A DNA stretch of 58,678 nt from an uncultured bacterium. Lineage in GTDB: Bacteria; Patescibacteriota; Minisyncoccia; Minisyncoccales; UBA5738. A model generated the notes under the pieces. That model worked only from the letters and a program-made list of their open reading frames with translations. It was not told the DNA's origin and did not search any database. Positions 18,889 to 28,669 of the stretch are shown piece by piece. The DNA is taken from contig CAINCQ010000039.1 of the NCBI GenBank assembly GCA_903847095.1, forward strand, positions 1-58,678. Direction: 5' to 3'. The position numbers and the translations under genes were made by a program. The stretch's first letter is position 1. Each line of letters begins with the position of its first letter.

Positions 18889-19923
18889 ATGGCTAAAAAA
18901 ACAAAAAACGCCCCAGAAGTCAAAGAAAAAAAGAATCTTCTGGCGGCTATTGAAGAGATCAAGCAAAAATTCGGAGAAGGGGCGATCATGAGGCTTAACG
19001 AAGTGAAGGCTGTTGACGTGGATGTGATACCGACGGGGTGTATTTCCCTCGACATAGCTTTGGGTGTGGGCGGGGTTCCGCGGGGCCGCGTTATTGAGAT
19101 CTATGGGGGCGAATCGACCGGGAAGACCACTTTATCCCTTCATATCCTGGCGGAAGCCCAGCGGAAAGGAGGGGTAGGCGCGTTTGTCGACGCCGAGCAT
19201 GCCTTGGATCCCGAATACGCGAAAAGGATCGGGGTCAATGTCGACGAGCTTTTGATATCCCAGCCGGATTCCGGGGAACAGGCTTTGCAGATCGTCGAAA
19301 CCTTGATGAAATCGGAGCAGGTTGATGTGATTGTTGTCGATTCGGTGGCGGCTTTGACTCCCCAGGCCGAGATCAACGGCGAAGTGGGGGATCCGCATAT
19401 CGCTCTTCAAGCCCGCCTGATGTCTTCGGCCTTAAGAAAATTTTCGGCTATCGCTGCCAAGACCAATACGATCATTATTTTTTTGAATCAGACAAGAATG
19501 AAGATTGGCGTGATGTGGGGAAATCCGGAAACCACGCCCGGGGGCATGGCGCTGAAGTTCTATTCTTCGGTGAGGATCGAGTTGAGAAGAGTGGGGCAGC
19601 TAAAACATGGCGAAGAGATCATCGGCAACCGGGTTAAAGCCAAGATCGTAAAGAACAAGGTTGCTGCGCCTTTCAAGGTTGTGGAGTACGATATTTATTA
19701 CAATGAAGGAATTTCAAGGTTTTCCGATATTATCAATACGGGCATCAGTTTGGAAGTGATCAAAAAATCCGGAAGCTGGCTGGAATTCAACGGTGAAAAA
19801 CTTGGCCAAGGCATGGAAGCCAGCAAAAAACTTTTGAAAGAGAATTCGGAACTTTTGGAAAGGATCAAGGTTGCTTTGAAGGAAAAGATGGATTCGACGT
19901 TTGTCGACGTCAACGCAGCTTAA
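18889..19923 (+). CDS. recA: Recombinase RecA
   Basis: [44 protein letters not shown]; ATG at 18889 preferred. Confidence 0.98.
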   Translation: MAKKTKNAPEVKEKKNLLAAIEEIKQKFGEGAIMRLNEVKAVDVDVIPTGCISLDIALGVGGVPRGRVIEIYGGESTGKTTLSLHILAEAQRKGGVGAFVDAEHALDPEYAKRIGVNVDELLISQPDSGEQALQIVETLMKSEQVDVIVVDSVAALTPQAEINGEVGDPHIALQARLMSSALRKFSAIAAKTNTIIIFLNQTRMKIGVMWGNPETTPGGMALKFYSSVRIELRRVGQLKHGEEIIGNRVKAKIVKNKVAAPFKVVEYDIYYNEGISRFSDIINTGISLEVIKKSGSWLEFNGEKLGQGMEASKKLLKENSELLERIKVALKEKMDSTFVDVNAA

Positions 19924-19938
19924 GAAATCATTTTTCTT

Positions 19939-19974
19939 AAAAAAACGACCCCGCATTCAGCGGGGTGTTTTTTT
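19939..19974. terminator. Bidirectional intrinsic terminator between recA and rpsR
   Basis: A-tract, accccgc-attca-gcggggt stem, T-tract. Confidence 0.75.
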
Positions 19975-19988
19975 CGAGAAAATATTTC

Positions 19989-20174
19989 TTAAGGAAGCAA
20001 GGAAAGCTGGCGGGCGCGCTTTATCGCTTCAGACAACCTTCGTTGATGGCTGGAGCAGACACCGGTCTTTTTTTTGGGCTTGATCTTTCCCATGCCCGAC
20101 ATGAACCGGTGCAAAAGGTCGGTTTCTTTGAAATTGATCTCTTTTAAGTTTCTTTGACAAAAATAACAAGCCAT
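19989..20174 (-). CDS. rpsR: 30S ribosomal protein S18
   Basis: CYFC, GKIKPKKKTG, HQRRLSEAIKRARQLSLLP. Confidence 0.95.
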   Translation of the reverse strand: MACYFCQRNLKEINFKETDLLHRFMSGMGKIKPKKKTGVCSSHQRRLSEAIKRARQLSLLP

Positions 20175-20227
20175 AATGATTAGTAGGTTAGTAAATGAGT
20201 TGATAGGTCGATGGAAATTCGGTGTTT

Positions 20228-20683
20228 CTAGAACGGTATATTTTTTATGTCGATCTCGTCGTTTTCTTCAATAATCGGGATTTCCGGTTCCGCTTGGTTT
20301 TGTCCGGCCGGGAGTTGTTCTTTGCGGCTGGGTTCCCCCATCTGCGTCGTGGCGGATTTGGGGCCGAGCTGAAGCATTTCGGCAATGATCTCGGTGCGAT
20401 AGCGCTTGGTTTGCGTCGTAGCGTCCTGCCAGTTCCTGGTTTGAAGCCTCCCTTCAATCATGGCCAGAGATCCGGTCTTTAGGTACTGCGAAGCGATTTC
20501 CGCTATTTTTGCGAACGCCACGATGTTGTGGAATTCTGTTTTTTGTTGTTTTTGTCCGGACTTATCCGTATAAAAACGGTCGGTTGCCAGTCCAAACGAC
20601 GCCACTTGTTGCCCGGACGGGAGTACTTTTACTTCCGGGTTCCGGGTTAGTCTTCCGACTAAAATTACTTTATTGAAATTCAT
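20228..20683 (-). CDS. ssb: Single-stranded DNA-binding protein
   Basis: NKVILVGRLTRNPE, IEGRLQTRNW, acidic IPF C-terminus. Confidence 0.97.
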   Translation of the reverse strand: MNFNKVILVGRLTRNPEVKVLPSGQQVASFGLATDRFYTDKSGQKQQKTEFHNIVAFAKIAEIASQYLKTGSLAMIEGRLQTRNWQDATTQTKRYRTEIIAEMLQLGPKSATTQMGEPSRKEQLPAGQNQAEPEIPIIEENDEIDIKNIPF

Positions 20684-20728
20684 TTTAGTTAGGAATTAAT
20701 ATTTACGATTAAGGGATGCTTCCGTTGG

Positions 20729-21175
20729 CTACTGAAGGATCTCATCAAGCTTTTCCGCGATTTCGTTCAGTTCGGCCTTCGGCCTTTCTTTCTTAACGGT
20801 TGTTTTTTTTGTCTCTTCCGCGATTTCTGAAGCGGGCGCGGGAGCCGTTTCGACGACGCGTTTTCGGCGCAAAGGCGTTCTGGGAGTGAAAGGAGCGTAA
20901 ACAATCGTAAGGGAGCGCAATATGCGAGCCTCTTCTTTAAGCCCATTCGTGAAGTTTTCCAGGTCCTTTGGTTCCAAGCCGAAAATTACCGTATTAACGT
21001 AAGCTATCTCCCTTTTTTTAATGGGATAAGCCAACCTTTTTTTATAAGGTTTTTGAAATTCGGTCACTGTTCCGTTCGTGGCTTTGATCGCGGCTGCGAG
21101 CTTGTCTTGCAGGCTTTTGACCTCTTCTTCGGCCAAGTCCTGCGCGGTCAAATAGGTTAGTTCGTATTGTTTCAT
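20729..21175 (-). CDS. rpsF: 30S ribosomal protein S6
   Basis: MKQYEL, KRLAYPIKK, ILRSL; rpsF-ssb-rpsR order. Confidence 0.92.
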   Translation of the reverse strand: MKQYELTYLTAQDLAEEEVKSLQDKLAAAIKATNGTVTEFQKPYKKRLAYPIKKREIAYVNTVIFGLEPKDLENFTNGLKEEARILRSLTIVYAPFTPRTPLRRKRVVETAPAPASEIAEETKKTTVKKERPKAELNEIAEKLDEILQ

Positions 21176-21297
21176 ATTTTTTTCTTCGACATCTTTTTAC
21201 GGGCCCCGTTTACGAGGGATGACAAAGTAGCATTATTGTATCAAAAATTGATTAAAAGTCAATCGAAAGCCCAAAAAGAAAACCTCTGGTTAAGAGG

Positions 21298-21483
21298 CTA
21301 TTTGTGCTTTCGGGAATGCTTTTCCATCCGGCAGCACAGACAAAACATGTCATAATGTCCGCCGCGGCGGTGATAGATGATGATGCGTTCGTCGGCCGCA
21401 TCCTTTTTAGGGACATACTGTTGGCTGTCCGGGCTTGTAGATAACGACTTGGCCGAGGCAAATATTGAATACCGGTTTTCCAT
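21298..21483 (-). CDS. Small hypothetical protein (61 aa, Cys/His-rich C-terminus)
   Basis: ATG-started ORF followed by a hairpin and T-tract on the minus strand (about 21270-21298); no recognisable family. Confidence 0.35.
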   Translation of the reverse strand: MENRYSIFASAKSLSTSPDSQQYVPKKDAADERIIIYHRRGGHYDMFCLCCRMEKHSRKHK

Positions 21484-21530
21484 GCTCTTAATAATAAAAG
21501 CATGAAGGGTTGTTCAGGGATATCATTTCC

Positions 21531-21923
21531 TTAATGAATTATCCTGAACATGTTTTCCCCCAGTAATCCAACTTTATCGAATTTGACTCGATCGCCTACA
21601 CTTAAGGCCATGTTTTCAGGTATAGAGATCTTGCAGTTGCCCATACCTTGTTTGCTATCGGGAACAATCCATGCATAGCTTTTGTCTTTACATATCGCCT
21701 CAACAACGCCTGATCGCCTGATCGGCAGTTGTAGTTTCCAGTAAATGACTACTGGGACCAATATGACGACCATAGCTAATATAACTATGCAAATCGATCT
21801 AACAAGGATTATCCCTACGATAACGGCAAGAAACGGCCCGCCTATAATGAACGCAAATGCGGAAGATATAAGCAGGCACGCTAACAACGCAATCAACGGG
21901 GATATTACAATTTCAATCTTTAT
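21531..21923 (-). CDS. Hypothetical membrane protein with short C-terminal beta-rich domain; possible ATA start
   Basis: Hydrophobic N-terminal half; GGAGG lies 7 nt before an in-frame ATA at 21923; promoter ttgaca-17-cacaat at 22001-21973. Confidence 0.55.
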   Translation of the reverse strand: MKIEIVISPLIALLACLLISSAFAFIIGGPFLAVIVGIILVRSICIVILAMVVILVPVVIYWKLQLPIRRSGVVEAICKDKSYAWIVPDSKQGMGNCKISIPENMALSVGDRVKFDKVGLLGENMFRIIH

Positions 21924-22063
21924 CTAAACTCCTCCAAGTTGTCGATCTTGGGTTGCTACTGTAGCCGACTATATTGTGGAACATAAATGAGTAAATGTCA
22001 ATAAATTGTTCAATAATGTTGTTCGTTGTGATATAATTTACCTAAATTTAAAAATAAAAGAGT

Positions 22064-23473
22064 ATGATCAAAGATAATATCTACCGCGCTTACGACATAA
22101 GGGGTATTTATCCCGTCGATCTCAATGAAATTGCCGTTTATTACACAACAAAGGCTTTCTGCGAGTTGCATCCCCATATGAACAAAGTGGTGCTGGCACG
22201 CGATCCAAGGCCGAGTTCGCCCGCCCTGGCCGAGGCGGCCACCAAGGCTTTTTTGGAGGCCGGCAAGGAGGTGATTGACCTTGGTATCGCACCCGACCCT
22301 TTATGGTATTTTTCCATATTCCATTATAACTACGACGGGGGATTGATGATCTCGGGGTCCCATAATCCCTCCCACCATAACGGACTCACTTACCACGCGC
22401 GAAAGGCCGCGGGCGTTCCCAGTGAAGAATTAATGGGCGAAGCTTTGCAGGATTTAAGAAAGCTTGCGCAGAAACTCGACGCCGAAAAAGCGACAGGGAC
22501 TCCTTCGGGAAAGGTAATAGAAAACGACCCGTCGGAGGAGTATATCGATTATATAGTGTCGCGCGTAAAAATCTCCCGACCGTTAAAGATCGTTTTGGAT
22601 ACCGGGAACGGCGCTTGCGGTTATTTGCCGGAGCGTTTGTTCAAAAGGCTGGGCTGTGAAGTTTTGACCTTATACGGGGAGTTTGACGGCACCTTCCCAA
22701 ACCATTTGCCCGATCCTTATAACGAAGCTAATCGCGTGGATCTCGAAAAGAAAGTTCTGGAAATAGGAGCCGATATGGGTTTTATTTACGATACCGATGG
22801 AGACCGGGTGGCGATCATCGATAACCGCGGAAGGTCGGTAAACGGCGACGATTCCTTGCTTATTTTGGCCCGCCAGGCGGTGGCGAAAAAGGTGGGAAGC
22901 GTTGTCCATTGTATGCGTACTTCCAAGGCTTTCATCGATGATATGGCCAAACGGGGGGCGACGACGCATTTTTCCGTTTCCCACCATAACGCGGTGAGAG
23001 ATAAGGTAAAAAAGCTGGGAGCCGTTTTCGGCGGAGAGATCACTTTCCATTACGCTTTTCCGCTTGATTACTATTTGGTCGACGACGCGGTGTTCGCGTC
23101 GGTGGAATTGGCGATCGTGGCGGCGGAACAGCCGGATTTTGCCGCGTATGTCGATACTTTGCCTCATTATTTTGCCAGCCCGGAATTGTTCATAAATGCC
23201 GGAGATGACGTTAAATTCGGCATAATCGAGAAGCTGCAAAAGTATTTGCGGGAAAATAATTACAATTTCATCGATGTTGACGGTGCCAGGATCAATTTTG
23301 AGAATGGCTGGGCTTTGGCGCGCGTTTCCAATACCACGCCGATCATCAAGTGCCGTTTTGAAGGCAATACACCCGAGGCTTTGCGCGAGATAGAATTGAA
23401 AGCATTGGATATTTTTAAAAACGCAGGGATACCGATTACGGACAATGACTTGGAAAAGCTGGGATTAAAATAG
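22064..23473 (+). CDS. Phosphomannomutase/phosphoglucomutase
   Basis: YRAYDIRG, SGSHNP phosphoserine loop, DTDGDR metal loop, GGE. Confidence 0.93.
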   Translation: MIKDNIYRAYDIRGIYPVDLNEIAVYYTTKAFCELHPHMNKVVLARDPRPSSPALAEAATKAFLEAGKEVIDLGIAPDPLWYFSIFHYNYDGGLMISGSHNPSHHNGLTYHARKAAGVPSEELMGEALQDLRKLAQKLDAEKATGTPSGKVIENDPSEEYIDYIVSRVKISRPLKIVLDTGNGACGYLPERLFKRLGCEVLTLYGEFDGTFPNHLPDPYNEANRVDLEKKVLEIGADMGFIYDTDGDRVAIIDNRGRSVNGDDSLLILARQAVAKKVGSVVHCMRTSKAFIDDMAKRGATTHFSVSHHNAVRDKVKKLGAVFGGEITFHYAFPLDYYLVDDAVFASVELAIVAAEQPDFAAYVDTLPHYFASPELFINAGDDVKFGIIEKLQKYLRENNYNFIDVDGARINFENGWALARVSNTTPIIKCRFEGNTPEALREIELKALDIFKNAGIPITDNDLEKLGLK

Positions 23474-23483
23474 GGGTTAAAAC

Positions 23484-23513
23484 AAAAAAAGCGCTTAAAA
23501 AGGCGCTTTTTTT
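23484..23513. terminator. Bidirectional terminator between PMM and trpS
   Basis: aaaaaaagcgct-taaaaa-ggcgcttttttt. Confidence 0.75.
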
Positions 23514-23528
23514 GCGGAATCGTTGTTT

Positions 23529-24509
23529 TTAAATTTCCAATCCCATAGCCGTTTTAACTTCCTGCATCGTTGATTGGGCGACCGTCAAAGCTTTTTGGGA
23601 GCCGCGTTTCAATATGTCGTTGACGTATACTTCGCGGGTCAAAAGTTCCGTTCTTTTTCTTCTGAAGGGTTCCAGGTATCCGGCAAGATATTCGGCCAGC
23701 GATTTTTTAAAATCGGAATATCGTTTTTTATCGAATTCTTTTTCAAGCTGGTCGATCGGTTTGCCCGAAGCAAGCGAGTAGATCGTCAGCAGATTGGAGA
23801 TCCCCGGTTTTTTTGAAGGATTGTATCTGATCTCTTTGCCGGTGTCGGTAACGGCCGCCATGATTTTTAATTTTATGGATTCCGGTTCTTCGAATAATCC
23901 GATGCAACCTTTTTGATTGCCGGTTTTCGACATTTTCTTTTCCGGCTCGGCCAGGGACATGATCTTGTCTCCGATCTGGGGAAGAAGGGCGCGCGGTTCC
24001 TTAAAAACCTGTCCGAAACGGTTGTTGAAATCGCGGACGATCTCGCGCGTAAGCTCGACATGCTGTTGTTGGTCTTTGCCTATCGGCACGAGGTCGGTCT
24101 GATATAACAGAATATCGGCAGCCATCAATATCGGATAATTAAGCAGGCCGGCGTTTACGTATTCCGGATGTTGCTTTGATTTGTCTTTGAACTGCGTCAT
24201 CCTTTTCAGTTCACCCAAAGGCGTCACGGTTCCCAAAAGCCAGGCCAGCTCCGTGTGTTCTTTTACGGTAGATTGGATGAATAAGATGCATTTTTCGGGA
24301 TTAAGGCCGGCAGCCAGATAATCCACGGCCAACTCGAAGATGTTAGCCTTGAGCTGTTTTTGGTCATAGGGCGTGGTAATGGCGTGCAGGTCGACCACGC
24401 AAAAAACACAATCTTCTTTCTCTTGGATGGCGATCCATTGGCGCATCGCTCCAAGATAATTACCAAGATGCAGGCTGCCTGTCGGTCTAATACCGGAAAA
24501 TACGCGCAT
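23529..24509 (-). CDS. trpS: Tryptophan--tRNA ligase
   Basis: SGIRPTGSLHLGNY, YPILMAADILLY, GKDQQQH, KMSKT. Confidence 0.97.
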   Translation of the reverse strand: MRVFSGIRPTGSLHLGNYLGAMRQWIAIQEKEDCVFCVVDLHAITTPYDQKQLKANIFELAVDYLAAGLNPEKCILFIQSTVKEHTELAWLLGTVTPLGELKRMTQFKDKSKQHPEYVNAGLLNYPILMAADILLYQTDLVPIGKDQQQHVELTREIVRDFNNRFGQVFKEPRALLPQIGDKIMSLAEPEKKMSKTGNQKGCIGLFEEPESIKLKIMAAVTDTGKEIRYNPSKKPGISNLLTIYSLASGKPIDQLEKEFDKKRYSDFKKSLAEYLAGYLEPFRRKRTELLTREVYVNDILKRGSQKALTVAQSTMQEVKTAMGLEI

Positions 24510-24518
24510 AAGAATTTT

Positions 24519-24609
24519 AGTTAATCAAGCGAGTAAGCAAGTAAGTTAATCAAGCAAAATGCATTTTAACCCAGTAAGCTTAGTTAGCTTAATTCACTTG
24601 GTGAACTTA
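24519..24609 (-). repeat. AT-rich intercistronic repeat, copy 2 (rnj-trpS)
   Basis: Reverse complement aligns with 12814-12897, with one ~9-nt indel. Confidence 0.85.
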
Positions 24610-24615
24610 TTAAAT

Positions 24616-26598
24616 TTAAACTTCTATAACTACCGGCAAAACCATGGGTCGGCGTTCCGTTTTGGTAAATAAGAAATCGCCGATCTTGTTCCGGATATCA
24701 TCTTTAACGTAGCTCCAGTTAACGGCGCCGCCCGAACTGGTGGCATGGTTGATTATATCGATCGTTTTTTTGCGGGTGTCTTGCAACAGTTCCTTGGATT
24801 CCCTCAAATAAACGAAGCCGCGGGAAATGATATCGGGAGATCCTTTTACTTTTCCCGTGGCCCGGTCAACCACCGTGACTATCACGAACATTCCGTCTTC
24901 GGCCAATACTTGGCGGTCCCGCAACACTACTTCCCCGATGTCTCCGACGCCAAGCCCGTCAACCATCACGTAAAATGCCGGGACCTTGTCTTTTTCGACG
25001 GTCATCGATTTTTGGTTGAGTGTTACGATTTGGCCGTTTTCCACGACAGCGATGTTTTCCTTTTTGATCCCGACCAATTCGGCCAATTCGGCGTTGGCGG
25101 CTTGCATCGAATACTGGCCGTGGATCGGCATGAAGAATTTGGGGTGCATCAGGCGCATCATTTCCATCAGTTCTTCCTGCTTGGCGTGCCCTCCGGCATG
25201 GATATCCATCATTTTATAATGGAAAACTTTCACGCCTTGCCGCAGGATATCGTCTTTCAAAAACTGGACCGTCCGTTCGTTTCCCGGGATTACCGAGGAC
25301 GAAAAGATCACGGAATCACCCCTTTTAAAGCGGAGGAATTTATGAGTGCGGCTGGCGATTTTCATCAAGGCCGCATCGGATTCTCCCTGGGCGCCGGTAC
25401 AGATCACCGTAACTTGGTTATCCGGATAGTTGTCCACCTCCTTTATCTGGATGAAGGTATTTTTTTCCGATTGAATGTATTTGAGCTGCCGGCAAACCTC
25501 GATGTTTATCTTCATGCTGTATCCCTCGACGGCGACCTTGCGGCCGTATTTTTCCGCCAGCATTATCAGCTGTTGGATACGGTTCAAAAGCGATCCGAAA
25601 GTAGCGGCAATGATCCGGCCCTTCGATTGCACGAATATTTTTTCCAGGTTCTCAAAGATCTCTTTTTCCGACAAGGAATGCCCGGGTTCTTCGGCGCCGG
25701 TGGAATCCGACATCAAAAGAAGAATGTTTCTGTTTCCGATTTCTTTCAGGCGCGCGAAATCGGCGGGCGGTTCGTTTACGGGGTTGTTATCGAATTTGAA
25801 ATCGGAAGTATCGATAAGGTTGCCGACCGGCGTTTCGACAAATAGGCCGAAGTTGTCGGGAATATTGTGGTTAAGCCGGAAGAATTCGACGGTGAAAGGC
25901 CCGAGTTTAAAGCGAGATCCATCGTGGGCGTCTTCAATGTCGAGTTTTGGGAGGTTGGGAAAATCGTCCTGCCGGCGCAAAATTATTGCTTTGGTGAGAT
26001 TGGCCGCAATCATTCTTAATCCGGGATGCCAGATCTTTTCGATGAGGTAAGGGACGGCTCCGATATGATCGTAGTGTCCATGAGTGAACACGACTCCCAG
26101 AATGTTCTTTTTTTTGTTTTTAAGATAATCGATATTGGGAATGATATAGTCGATTCCGGGCATGCTCTCTTCGGGCATGCGGAAACCCATATCCAATATC
26201 AGGATCGAATCCTGATATTCCACCAGGGTCATATTCCTTCCGACCTCTCCTAAGCCGCCAAGGGGGATAATGCGCAAATTTTTTCCCTGTCCGTGGTGTG
26301 GCTGGTCCCCGGATCTATTTGTCTCGATTTGAGGATTATTGCCCGGGCGCGGATTTGGCGCGCCGGGGGTATGGCCGCCGGGGGTATGGCTGCCGGGTGC
26401 GTTGACATTCGCGCGGTTAGGCGCGCCGGCATTTGAGCGGCGGGGCGGGTTTGCGCGAAAAGCCCTCGGATCGCGCGCCGGTTGCCGGAATTTTTTCACG
26501 TCTCGGAATTTCGGTTTTTCGGGTCCGAAAATATCCTTGATCACGTCATCGATCCTGTCTGATTTTCCTTTAGGATCAAAAGGATTCGTATTTTCCAT
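24616..26598 (-). CDS. rnj: Ribonuclease J with disordered N-terminal extension
   Basis: PLGGLGEVGRN, THGHYDHIG, HAGGHA, PIHG, RRPMVLPV; ATG at 26598 preferred. Confidence 0.95.
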   Translation of the reverse strand: MENTNPFDPKGKSDRIDDVIKDIFGPEKPKFRDVKKFRQPARDPRAFRANPPRRSNAGAPNRANVNAPGSHTPGGHTPGAPNPRPGNNPQIETNRSGDQPHHGQGKNLRIIPLGGLGEVGRNMTLVEYQDSILILDMGFRMPEESMPGIDYIIPNIDYLKNKKKNILGVVFTHGHYDHIGAVPYLIEKIWHPGLRMIAANLTKAIILRRQDDFPNLPKLDIEDAHDGSRFKLGPFTVEFFRLNHNIPDNFGLFVETPVGNLIDTSDFKFDNNPVNEPPADFARLKEIGNRNILLLMSDSTGAEEPGHSLSEKEIFENLEKIFVQSKGRIIAATFGSLLNRIQQLIMLAEKYGRKVAVEGYSMKINIEVCRQLKYIQSEKNTFIQIKEVDNYPDNQVTVICTGAQGESDAALMKIASRTHKFLRFKRGDSVIFSSSVIPGNERTVQFLKDDILRQGVKVFHYKMMDIHAGGHAKQEELMEMMRLMHPKFFMPIHGQYSMQAANAELAELVGIKKENIAVVENGQIVTLNQKSMTVEKDKVPAFYVMVDGLGVGDIGEVVLRDRQVLAEDGMFVIVTVVDRATGKVKGSPDIISRGFVYLRESKELLQDTRKKTIDIINHATSSGGAVNWSYVKDDIRNKIGDFLFTKTERRPMVLPVVIEV

Positions 26599-26719
26599 AA
26601 TCTTTCCAAGTAGTTTAAAATAAACAGAGTTCAAATAAACCAAAAAGTCGAAACCCGTCGGTTATTCGTACCTCTCTTTTTTTTCTACGTTTTTTAATAA
26701 TCTCAAATGAGAATTTTAC

Positions 26720-26804
26720 TGGTGCGGGCAAGAGGGGTTGAACCTCTATGGATCTCTCCACACGGCCCTGAACCGTGCGCGTCTGCCAATTCCGCCATGC
26801 CCGC
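26720..26804 (-). tRNA. tRNA-Leu(CAG)
   Basis: gcgggca...tgcccgc-a-cca acceptor stem, anticodon arm cacgg-ttCAGgg-ccgtg, variable arm, GTTCAA T-loop. Confidence 0.95.
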
Positions 26805-26957
26805 AAAAATTTTGGCCCAAAATTTTTCCCTGACTACCGATTACTCTCCCAAACTACAATGGTTTTTTGTATTACCGATTTCCAAACGGTTTTGCCCTTG
26901 ACAACGAATGTGTTTGCTGTTAAATTTTCGGCAGTTCCTTTTTAAGAGGTGAATCGA

Positions 26958-27371
26958 ATGGATGTGCTGGATGAAATAATCAGTGAGATGGCCAAGAAAT
27001 TTGACTGGGAATACCAAACTCGGAAATTAGCGCAAGTTTCGGCTAGGACTTTGGAAGGGAAGGCATTGCTGGAATTTTTGAATAAGTTCCACGAAGTCGC
27101 GTTCAACGTTTCCAAAAAGCTTGCTTTGACCCGGCGTTTTTCCTGCAAATCACGGCCCGTTTGGGAAAGATGCAATCGCATAACCACCGCTATCCTTCGC
27201 AATCTGCTGGTCAATCCGATGGTGATGGAATTGCTCGACCTTTACGCGGTTGAAACCGAGTTGCGTTGCAGTAATAACATACCTGAATCCGATAAAATTC
27301 CCTGGTTTTTATTTAACGGCCGGCAGTTCGAGCGCTGCTTAGACTACAAATTAGAATTTTTAGACGACTAG
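26958..27371 (+). CDS. Hypothetical protein (ORFan-like)
   Basis: Promoter ttgaca-17-taaatt (26898-26926) and GAGGTG before the ATG. Confidence 0.6.
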   Translation: MDVLDEIISEMAKKFDWEYQTRKLAQVSARTLEGKALLEFLNKFHEVAFNVSKKLALTRRFSCKSRPVWERCNRITTAILRNLLVNPMVMELLDLYAVETELRCSNNIPESDKIPWFLFNGRQFERCLDYKLEFLDD

Positions 27372-27397
27372 CTTCCAAGTACAACTTGGAATTTTTT

Positions 27398-28273
27398 TTA
27401 ATCCAGTTTCAAATTTTTCAAGTAATCCTTGATCTCTTTGGAGAAATCAGGATGATTGAGGGCGAACTCGATCACGGTTTTTAAATATTCGGTTTTATTG
27501 CCCGTATCGTAATATTTTCCGTTCTGGATCTCGCAGCCGTAGACCGGATAGCCGGTTTTGATTAATTCGTTGATCGCGTCAACCAGCCAGACCTCGCCGT
27601 TGCGCGGTTTCAGATTCTCGATTATGCCGAAAATATCGGGCGGTAAAATGTAGGCGCCGTGCGTGGCCAGATTTGAAGGTGCTTCTTCGGGAAGCGGTTT
27701 TTCCACGATTTTTTTGATCCGGAAAATTCCTTTTTCGACTTGTTCCATGTCGGCGATGCCGTAGCGCGACACGTCATCCTTGGATTCGATCCTGACCGCC
27801 GAAATCACCGCGCCGCGATATTTTTTATAAACCTCCATGATCTGCGCCAACCGCGGCGGTTTGGCCATAATGAACTCATCTCCCCACATTACCGCGAAAT
27901 CTTCATTTCCGATCGCCGGTTTGGCGGCTAAGACGGGCATGGCATTACCGTAGTGTTCGCTTTTTTGCCTGATGTAAATGAAATTGGCCAACTGGGCTAT
28001 TTTTTTGATCAGCAGGAGCTCTTTTTCTTTTCCTTGGCTTTCAAGGTGTTTTTCCAGCTCGAACTGACGGTCGAAATGGTCTTCAATGGCGCGTTTCTGC
28101 CATCCGGTGATCATGACGACGTCCTGGATTCCCGAGGCCACCGCTTCTTCCACGACGTATTGGATTATCGGCTTATCGATGATCGGAAGCATTTCCTTGG
28201 GCATCGCTTTGGTCGCCGGAAGGAATCTGGTTCCCCAGCCAGCTGCCGGGATCACTACTTTTCGTATATCCAT
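27398..28273 (-). CDS. galU: UTP--glucose-1-phosphate uridylyltransferase
   Basis: KVVIPAAGWGTRFLPATKAMPKEMLPIIDKP, VEKP, YDTG. Confidence 0.93.
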   Translation of the reverse strand: MDIRKVVIPAAGWGTRFLPATKAMPKEMLPIIDKPIIQYVVEEAVASGIQDVVMITGWQKRAIEDHFDRQFELEKHLESQGKEKELLLIKKIAQLANFIYIRQKSEHYGNAMPVLAAKPAIGNEDFAVMWGDEFIMAKPPRLAQIMEVYKKYRGAVISAVRIESKDDVSRYGIADMEQVEKGIFRIKKIVEKPLPEEAPSNLATHGAYILPPDIFGIIENLKPRNGEVWLVDAINELIKTGYPVYGCEIQNGKYYDTGNKTEYLKTVIEFALNHPDFSKEIKDYLKNLKLD

Positions 28274-28286
28274 AATTTGTATTTAA

Positions 28287-28408
28287 TAGACCTGCCGTTT
28301 AAATATCTTCTACCGCAACTTTCATAACTTACGCGGCAACGTTGCTAGAAAAAAAGCTACGTTAGTCGCGGGGAATCCCGCTACGCAAATATTTAAGTGG
28401 CATGTCCA
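28287..28408. mobile_element. MITE / palindromic element copy 3 (short, divergent, 122 bp)
   Basis: Termini tagacctgccgtttaaatat / atatttaagtggcatgtcca (16/20 IR); ctaccgcaa and gctacg blocks shared with copies 1 and 2. Confidence 0.7.
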
Positions 28409-28669
28409 ATGTTTGTTTAAAACAGAAACGACAATTTCCGTTTTAAGGACGATTTTAATTAAATCGTCTGACGCAATTTGAGGAATTGTAGCGGGCGGTC
28501 GAACCTCGCCGATGTCGTTAAGCTTTGGCGATCAGGTTCTTGGCTGCAAAAGATTGCCTTGATACTAACATAATACTTGATTTTTGCAAGCGGCGTGATA
28601 ATCGTTTTTACAATCGTATTCCAGGCTGGCACGTTTTTTGGGTCCGGTGCAAGGCTTGGCCGCGGAACA

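Noticed and set aside
24745-25845. 366-aa ORF antisense to rnj
   Set aside because: In-register shadow frame of a conserved gene; not protein-like.
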